Shown one piece after another: positions 58,310 through 64,000 of a DNA stretch of 64,000 bases; positions within the stretch are counted from its first letter, which is position 1, and every line of letters begins with the position of its first letter. The translations under genes and the position numbers were made by a program. The stretch covers positions 5,603 through 69,602 of the forward strand of contig CAKUWP010000008.1 of assembly GCA_934699525.1 (NCBI GenBank), given 5' to 3'. Source of the DNA: an uncultured Bacilli bacterium (lineage in GTDB: Bacteria; Bacillota_I; Bacilli_A; RFN20; CAG-826). The notes under the pieces are model-generated. The model saw nothing but the letters and a program-made list of their open reading frames with translations. It had not been told where the DNA came from and did no database searches.

Positions 58310-59224
58310 ATGGGGATGTGGTCATTGAATGTGTCGTGTTCCGACGAATACGGAGAAGCTTATGACTTATTCTTTGCTTATTATAATTCTCTTGAATGCA
58401 ACGATGATTTGCGCGAGAAAGCCTATCAAATTGCCGAGAAAATTTATAACGAATCTTTAGATGACGATTATGTGAGGGCAAGTACGGCGTTTGCTTTACT
58501 AAAATCCCTTCATAAAATTGGTTTTCCATACAGATTAAACCCCCAGGAAAAAGAAAAACTTATCCAAAATGACCAGGCTGGTTTATCCAGCCTGGACCTC
58601 CCGTCAAGCGATTTGGGTAAACGTAGAAAGATTGTTAGTCGTTTTCTTGAAAAATTGGACGGACCGATCGCGAAAATCATATATCCTAAAAAGCCAAAGC
58701 TCGATTTTCAAAAAGGAGCCGTCTTTGTCAAAGAAACCATCAAGGGCGATTATTTGTACGCGATATGTTTGGAAGCAAATTATGCCGAAAAGGAACTATT
58801 GTGGGCGTTATTGCTTGAACCTTCGGAACTTAAAGATGCAAAAATGTTGTTGAACAAACACCCTGTTGTCGTCGGCTGGTATGACGGCATTTGCAAAAAG
58901 TATCCGAAAATGTTCAAATACCCAGATGAAATAAATCAAATACGAGAAATAAAGCCTTCATTTAGATTATCAATTACGAAAAACAACCTAAATTGCGCGA
59001 AAAACATCTGCATTGCATTCGACTCTAAGAGACTCTATTGCTCATGGTGGGGATCGGAACTCATATACCTCTATAAAAAGTTTTCCATATATAAATATGA
59101 GTTTCGGGTGAATAATGATGGTTCTATTGTGCACAAACCTCTCCCGGAGGCACTGCCTAAAGACATTTATCCTCCACGTGCCAAATCACCAGATTACATT
59201 TGCCTATCGGATTATTTGTCTTAA
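58310..59224 (+). CDS. hypothetical protein, candidate immunity protein (DUF4259-like N-terminus)
   Basis: Intact 304-aa ORF in a lower-GC patch directly after the Hint remnant. The N-terminus MGMWSLNVSCSDEYGEAYDLF... resembles the MGxWG...D..A.D start of DUF4259 proteins (from memory). Confidence 0.55.
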   Translation: MGMWSLNVSCSDEYGEAYDLFFAYYNSLECNDDLREKAYQIAEKIYNESLDDDYVRASTAFALLKSLHKIGFPYRLNPQEKEKLIQNDQAGLSSLDLPSSDLGKRRKIVSRFLEKLDGPIAKIIYPKKPKLDFQKGAVFVKETIKGDYLYAICLEANYAEKELLWALLLEPSELKDAKMLLNKHPVVVGWYDGICKKYPKMFKYPDEINQIREIKPSFRLSITKNNLNCAKNICIAFDSKRLYCSWWGSELIYLYKKFSIYKYEFRVNNDGSIVHKPLPEALPKDIYPPRAKSPDYICLSDYLS

Positions 59225-59366
59225 TCGCAACGAAAATGCGATCGACAAGCGTGTAAGATCCGGCCAATCCAAACCCTCCAACGAGAACTGAAAAAGGCAG
59301 AAATTACCATCATCCAACTTTCAGCATGACAAAGTGAAATTTAATACCACATCTCCAAGAAACGGC

Positions 59367-59398
59367 TATAATGATGGCGAATAGAACTTGTATACAAG
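59367..59398 (+). promoter_or_regulatory. candidate eda-kdgK-gntR promoter (-10 TATAAT) with GntR-type palindromic operator
   Basis: TATAAT at 59367-59372. Perfect 12-bp palindrome CTTGTATACAAG at 59387-59398, 14 nt before the eda ATG. The -35 is weak. Confidence 0.5.
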
Positions 59399-59412
59399 AT
59401 TAAGGAGGTTCT

Positions 59413-60063
59413 ATGCAAAAACAAGAAATTACCCAAAAAGTCTTGGATTGCGGTGTTGTTGCCGTTATCCGCGCCTCTTCTGTTGAGATGGCCGAGAAAG
59501 TCGCTACCGCCTGTGCGGAGGGCGGAATCGTCGGGCTCGAACTTACGTTTACAGTTCCGGGCGCCCAAGAAGTCATTGCTCACCTCGCCGCGAACAAAGA
59601 AGCCAAATATGTGGTCGGTGCCGGCACCGTTCTCGATGCCCCGACTGCTCGCACGGCCATCCTTGCCGGAGCTAAATTCATCGTCTCCCCGAGTTTTGAT
59701 AAAGGCACGGCCGAAATCTGCAATGCCTATCAAATCCCCTATATTGCTGGTTGCTTAACCCCCACTGAGGTTCTCACCGCGATGAAAGCCGGAGTGGATC
59801 TCGTCAAGATCTTCCCGGGTGACGTCGTCGGACCCAAATACATCAAGGACCTCCACGGACCCTTCCCCCAAGGCAACTTCTTGCCTTCTGGCGGAGTCAG
59901 CGTGGAAAACGCGGCCGAATGGATCAAAAACGGCGCGGCTGCCGTTTCGGCTGGCAGTTCCCTCATCGCTCCAGCCAAAAAAGGCGATTTTGAAGGTGTG
60001 AAGAAAAACGCCAGCGAATTCGTCGCCGTGGTGAAAGCGGCTCGCGAAGCGCTTGCTAAATAA
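59413..60063 (+). CDS. eda: 2-dehydro-3-deoxyphosphogluconate (KDPG/KHG) aldolase
   Basis: 216 aa, ...VVAVIRASSVEMAEKVATACAEGGIVGLELTFTVPGA...VKIFPG... Confidence 0.88.
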   Translation: MQKQEITQKVLDCGVVAVIRASSVEMAEKVATACAEGGIVGLELTFTVPGAQEVIAHLAANKEAKYVVGAGTVLDAPTARTAILAGAKFIVSPSFDKGTAEICNAYQIPYIAGCLTPTEVLTAMKAGVDLVKIFPGDVVGPKYIKDLHGPFPQGNFLPSGGVSVENAAEWIKNGAAAVSAGSSLIAPAKKGDFEGVKKNASEFVAVVKAAREALAK

Positions 60064-60080
60064 AAAGAGGCGATACCTGT

Positions 60081-61100
60081 ATGAAATACGCGACTCTAGG
60101 CGAGTTGATGCTTCGCCTTTCTACTCCGGGATATTCCCGCTTCGTCCAAGCCAAGAGCTTTGACGTCAATTATGGAGGTGGTGAGGCCAACGTCGCCCTT
60201 GCCCTATGCAATCTTGGCGAAGAAGCAATGTTCATCTCCAAATTCCCACAAAACGAAATTGGGGATGCGGCCAGAAATTCCTTGCGTGAATATGGCGTGG
60301 ATACCACCGGTATCCTCCGCGGAGGAGAACGTCTTGGCATCTATTATTTAGAAACCGGCGACTCCGTCCGCCCTTCCAAAGTCATTTATGACCGCGCCCA
60401 TTCTTCGATTTCCGAAGCCAAAGCCAGCGAATTCAATTTCAAGAAACTCTTCAAAGGCGTTCAATGGTTTCATATGACCGGCATCACTCCGGCCTTAGGA
60501 AAATCCGCTCAGATTCTCACGGCAAAAGCCTTGAAGACCGCTCACGAAATGGGCATCACGGTCTCCTTCGATTTGAACTTCCGTTCGAAGCTTTGGACCA
60601 AAGAAGAGGCTCAGGCCTGTTTAATCCCCTTAATGGAATATGTGGATTATGTCATCGGTAATGAAGAAGACGCGGAAGCCTGCCTTGGCTTTAAAGCAAC
60701 TGGCAGCGATATTAATAGTGGCAAGATCGATGCGGATGGCTATGCCCCGATGCTTAAGGAAATGTGCGAAAAGTTCCATTTCAAAGGCGCGGCCGCTTCT
60801 CTTCGCGAATCCCATTCCGCTAACGACAATGGCTGGAGTGGGGTCCTCTTCACCAACGGGAAATTCTACAAATCCCGCCACTACGAACTTCGCATTGTCG
60901 ACCGTGTGGGCGGCGGCGATTCCTTTGCCGCTGGTCTCATCTATGGCCTCTCTCATTACGATGATCCCAAAAAGGCCATCAACTGCGCGGTTGCCCACAG
61001 TGCTTTGAAACACACGATTCCTGGGGACTATAACCACGTGAGCCTAAAAGAAGTCGAAGCCTTGATGGGTGGAAACGCCTCGGGACGTGTCCAACGGTGA
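60081..61100 (+). CDS. kdgK: 2-dehydro-3-deoxygluconokinase (PfkB family)
   Basis: 339 aa, ...FDVNYGGGEANVA...DRVGGGDSFAAGLIYGL... Confidence 0.88.
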   Translation: MKYATLGELMLRLSTPGYSRFVQAKSFDVNYGGGEANVALALCNLGEEAMFISKFPQNEIGDAARNSLREYGVDTTGILRGGERLGIYYLETGDSVRPSKVIYDRAHSSISEAKASEFNFKKLFKGVQWFHMTGITPALGKSAQILTAKALKTAHEMGITVSFDLNFRSKLWTKEEAQACLIPLMEYVDYVIGNEEDAEACLGFKATGSDINSGKIDADGYAPMLKEMCEKFHFKGAAASLRESHSANDNGWSGVLFTNGKFYKSRHYELRIVDRVGGGDSFAAGLIYGLSHYDDPKKAINCAVAHSALKHTIPGDYNHVSLKEVEALMGGNASGRVQR

Positions 61101-61103
61101 TTC

Positions 61104-61787
61104 ATGACCAAGGACATCGAACCTATTTACGAAACGATAAAAAAGGAGATTGTCACCCTTCATCTGAAACCGGGGAGCCGCATTCGCGAGAATGAGCTCT
61201 CCGCCTCCTTCGGCGTTTCCCGCACCCCTGTCCGCGATGTTTTAAAGAAATTGGAAGAGAACGGCCTTGTTCGAATCCAATCCAAATCCGGCACTTACGT
61301 CACTCCCATCGATTTAAATACCATCAGCGAGGTGCTTTATCTCCGCGCGTATACCGAAACGGAAGTCATGATTGAAGTCGCCGAAAAAGCATCGAAAGAA
61401 GATATCCAAGCCATCCGTGATTTATTAAAGCGGCAAGACCAGGAACTAGAGAATCAAATCCCAGGGACCTTAGAATTCGCCGACTTATCCTTCGCCTGCG
61501 ACAACGCCTTCCATAAAGCGATTTATTCTTTAGCCAATAAAGAAAGCATACTGGATTTCATTGACGAAGCATTCCCTTCCTATTCCCGTTATCGTTATCT
61601 TACTAACTTAAGAGGAATCGAAGACGTGAAAAGTTTGGAGAGGATTCATGAGCGGCTTCTTGATGCTTTGCAGAAGAAAAGCCCCGAAGAAATTCGAAAA
61701 GTTTCCTTGGAACATCATTTGGCTGGATTACACGGCATCAAAGCCGTCGTCGAAAGACATCCTAAATATTTTGTCCAACAAGAATAG
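61104..61787 (+). CDS. GntR-family transcriptional regulator (FadR/FCD-type C-terminal domain)
   Basis: ...PGSRIRENELSASFGVSRTPVRDVLKKLEENGLV... plus a helical C-terminal domain. Confidence 0.85.
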   Translation: MTKDIEPIYETIKKEIVTLHLKPGSRIRENELSASFGVSRTPVRDVLKKLEENGLVRIQSKSGTYVTPIDLNTISEVLYLRAYTETEVMIEVAEKASKEDIQAIRDLLKRQDQELENQIPGTLEFADLSFACDNAFHKAIYSLANKESILDFIDEAFPSYSRYRYLTNLRGIEDVKSLERIHERLLDALQKKSPEEIRKVSLEHHLAGLHGIKAVVERHPKYFVQQE

Positions 61788-61792
61788 AGAAA

Positions 61793-61813
61793 AGAGGGCC
61801 CGCCCTCTTTTTT
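61793..61813 (+). terminator. rho-independent terminator after the gntR-family gene
   Basis: AGAGGG-cccg-CCCTCT followed by TTTTT. Confidence 0.7.
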
Positions 61814-61922
61814 CATCATTTCCACTTTAATTGTGAAAATTCAAATCAGGTCTTTCATTGTTTTCAAAGCAAACATCATTCGTTTCATTTGGCTTGATAA
61901 TTTTGTTTCCTCATAGAAAGAT

Positions 61923-62318
61923 ATGCCCATGAAAAAATCCATTCTCGCTTCGTTTATCGTTTATCCACTTCTAGCCATTGGAGCTTTTTGTTTGTTTTTC
62001 TTTGTTCGCAAAAATTACGCATTATCCGGTTGGATCGACCCGCTTTTCTTCGCCGGCGCCATTGTTTTAGGCGGCGGATTGCTTAGTTTGTTGGCACGTT
62101 TTGGTGCTTTTGACACCGTGACTTATGGATTTCGCTCCATTTTCAAACACATGAACTCCAATTACACGAACGCGCAGGATCCTTACCCCGATTATTACGC
62201 ATACACGGAATCCAAAAAGGAAAATAGAAAGCAAAATAAGATTTTCCCTTGGCCTTGGCTCGTTCTTGGAATTGGACTTCTCATCGCTTCTTTTGTTATT
62301 TGCGGCATCGTTTTTTGA
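61923..62318 (+). CDS. small membrane protein (DUF3899-like)
   Basis: Two N-terminal TM segments, ...FGAFDTVTYGFRSIF..., and a C-terminal TM. The family call is from memory and is tentative. Confidence 0.55.
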   Translation: MPMKKSILASFIVYPLLAIGAFCLFFFVRKNYALSGWIDPLFFAGAIVLGGGLLSLLARFGAFDTVTYGFRSIFKHMNSNYTNAQDPYPDYYAYTESKKENRKQNKIFPWPWLVLGIGLLIASFVICGIVF

Positions 62319-62412
62319 AAATTTTTGAAAGAAATTACGATTTTTTAAATTTCTTCTTGCATCTTTTTCGAGCGGTCTTTTAATAACGGCATCTCGAAAG
62401 GAGAAAAAGAAA

Positions 62413-64000
62413 ATGAAAAATCGTAAATTCATTGCACCAGCCGTAGCGTTTGGTGCCATCGCCCTAGCCCTAACAGCTTGCGGCGGAAACCCCGGAACGA
62501 ATGAAAACACCAGTTCTTCAAAGCCGGGCGGAGAGTCATCGGATACCTCCGTCACGACGAGTTCTTCCACTTCAACCAGCGTTGATCCTAGCACTGCCCC
62601 CATTGCCAGTGGAGCTCAGCAGTTCGTCAATTCATCTTACGAGGATCGCACCGAAATCCTTGGCAAGCTTGAAAAATATGCCATCGACCACTCGATTGCA
62701 GGCTTGCCACTATACGAAGACTCCGGTTATCAACTCTTCAACCCGCGTGTTGTCAGAGGCACCAACACCTACATCACGAACTTTGGTTTCTCCACCCTTC
62801 GCGACGGTTACCTCAAAGGTTCCCTCGCCGGCGAATCCAACAGCAAATACCAAAACTACTACCACAATTGGGACCAAAGCGACCCCGCGACCATCAACGC
62901 GTGGAATGACCAAGGCAACCAAGTCGCCGGCCTCTTTGACACCATCGGAACTTCCTATTTCGGTCAACGTTTAAACTCCGATAAGACCGGCTATGAATGG
63001 TATGGCATCCTCTCCAAACAGGATCACATGTTCCCTGTCAGTGATGATGGCAAGACCGTGATCACCAAAGATCCGACTGCCGAAGAATTGCACCGCACCT
63101 GGCGTTTCTACGTCCGCACCGGCGAAGCTGGAAAAGTCACTTATCGTTCTGGTTCGTCCCGTGCTGACCGCAAAGCCTTCGATGGCCGTTATGTCCAACT
63201 CGAAGACTACATCACCACGTACAAAATGCTTCTTAACGGCGCCAACGCCCTCTATCGCGGCACCGAAATGGCAAAAAAGACTGGCAAAGGCGCTATCGCC
63301 GGCGTTGCCAACTACTTTGCCGCGACCAAAGCCGCTGGAAAAGAAGGCATCAATAACGACGTCGACTTCTCTGGTGTTGGTATTGAAGCCGGAAGTGACG
63401 CGGATGGCGATTACCTCCAAATCACCTACCAGACCCCGCTTAACCGTTTCTATGCGATGTATTCCTGCAACGGCACTCTCTATGAGCCGATTCCGGAAGA
63501 CTTCATCAATCTAGTCGGTATCAAGAACCTCGCCGGATATTCCTCCGACAAGAGCACAAGCCCAGTGGACAACGTCCTCAGCATGGGCCCCTATATGCTC
63601 GAAACGTGGGAAACCGATAAGCTCATCACTTTCCACCGCAACGATCAGTGGTATGAACGTCAAGAAAACCCGAACCTCTATCGCATCGAAGGCATCCACA
63701 CGGATATTCTCCCCGGCTATGCGACGGATAAGAACATCGCCATCAAGCAATTCCTCAATTCCTCGAACCTCGACGCTTGTGGCGTCACCTCGGACTATCT
63801 CGAAAAGTATTCCTCCGACCCTCGCGCTGTCCAAGTCCCCGGCACCGCTGTTTGGAAGTTGAACATCAACTCCTGCACTCCGGAACTTTGGGAAGAACTC
63901 TTTGGCGAAGAAGGCAGAATTACCCACACGACCAAAGAAAATTACTGGAACGTCAAGCCCTGGATGTCCAACGACAGCTTCCTCCGCGGCCTCTTCTATT
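62413..64000 (+). CDS. family-5 (peptide/oligosaccharide-type) ABC substrate-binding lipoprotein, 5' part (runs off the window end)
   Basis: Own translation gives MKNRKFIAPAVAFGAIALALTACGGNPG... (lipobox LTAC) with a Ser/Thr-rich linker. ...SMGPYMLETWETDKLITFHRNDQWY... is typical of SBP_bac_5. The frame is open to position 64000 and is not in the ORF track because there is no stop. Confidence 0.8.
   Translation, partial: MKNRKFIAPAVAFGAIALALTACGGNPGTNENTSSSKPGGESSDTSVTTSSSTSTSVDPSTAPIASGAQQFVNSSYEDRTEILGKLEKYAIDHSIAGLPLYEDSGYQLFNPRVVRGTNTYITNFGFSTLRDGYLKGSLAGESNSKYQNYYHNWDQSDPATINAWNDQGNQVAGLFDTIGTSYFGQRLNSDKTGYEWYGILSKQDHMFPVSDDGKTVITKDPTAEELHRTWRFYVRTGEAGKVTYRSGSSRADRKAFDGRYVQLEDYITTYKMLLNGANALYRGTEMAKKTGKGAIAGVANYFAATKAAGKEGINNDVDFSGVGIEAGSDADGDYLQITYQTPLNRFYAMYSCNGTLYEPIPEDFINLVGIKNLAGYSSDKSTSPVDNVLSMGPYMLETWETDKLITFHRNDQWYERQENPNLYRIEGIHTDILPGYATDKNIAIKQFLNSSNLDACGVTSDYLEKYSSDPRAVQVPGTAVWKLNINSCTPELWEELFGEEGRITHTTKENYWNVKPWMSNDSFLRGLFY

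Noticed and set aside
49327-59398. Shared 8-mer ACTTGTAT between the nrdD-upstream palindrome and the eda operator, as evidence of a common regulator.
   Set aside because: An 8-mer is expected about twice by chance in 64 kb on two strands. The palindromes also have different symmetry centres (GATAC-TT-GTATC versus CTTGTA-TACAAG).
61098-61106. kdgK and the GntR gene are in the same reading frame, separated only by TGA-TTC. This could indicate a readthrough fusion or UGA recoding (code 4).
   Set aside because: KdgK ends at its normal length, and the regulator starts with its own ATG. Many other genes here (MATE pump, nrdG, the HI0933-like gene) end in TGA at their expected length. In-frame neighbours occur 1 in 3 by chance.

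Overview
64 kb chromosomal window from a moderate-GC bacterium using the standard genetic code. Many genes end in TGA at their expected length, so code 4 is excluded. Gene content suggests a Bacillota/Mollicutes-like anaerobe; this is inference only, since no database search was possible. The supporting genes are a class III RNR, QueH, AddAB, lipoproteins, C-terminally TM-anchored surface proteins and ribosomal proteins with extensions.

Layout:
(1) 1-10.2 kb, minus strand: S10-spc ribosomal protein operon from rpsJ to rplO plus the start of secY. It is more GC-rich than the rest, has no rpmD, and several r-proteins carry low-complexity extensions.
(2) 10.3-13.9 kb: queuosine operon (small unknown ORF, tgt, queA, queH).
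(3) 13.9-24.1 kb: a giant Ig-like/VanZ membrane protein, L-serine dehydratase, a P-loop kinase, a polytopic membrane protein, two flavoproteins and glnA.
(4) 25-40 kb: a glycan-utilisation locus. It holds two cytoplasmic GH-like enzymes, an AraC regulator, a sugar ABC binding protein with two permeases, a 1422-aa GH42-like surface protein, a secreted Cys-phosphatase-like protein and a 593-aa CBM-like surface protein.
(5) 40-49 kb: DtxR/MntR-like regulator, second P-loop kinase paralog, GtrA-like protein, DUF2188-like protein with a lysine-rich repeat tail, and addA/addB.
(6) 49.4-53.9 kb: anaerobic RNR module. NrdD has a C-terminal glutaredoxin-like domain, followed by a thioredoxin-reductase-like flavoprotein lacking NADPH motifs, then nrdG and a nitroreductase.
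(7) 54-64 kb: MATE pump, a decayed gene region, uxaC, a frameshifted Hint-domain toxin remnant with an intact immunity-like ORF, eda-kdgK-gntR with a palindromic operator, a small membrane protein, and the 5' part of a family-5 solute-binding lipoprotein.

No rRNA, tRNA, CRISPR array or intact mobile element was seen. The most interesting candidates are the NrdD-Grx / NADPH-motif-less TrxR module, the phosphatase embedded in the surface glycan operon, the orphan toxin-immunity remnant splitting the hexuronate cluster, and the duplicated SD-encoding acidic tails on S17 and L16.
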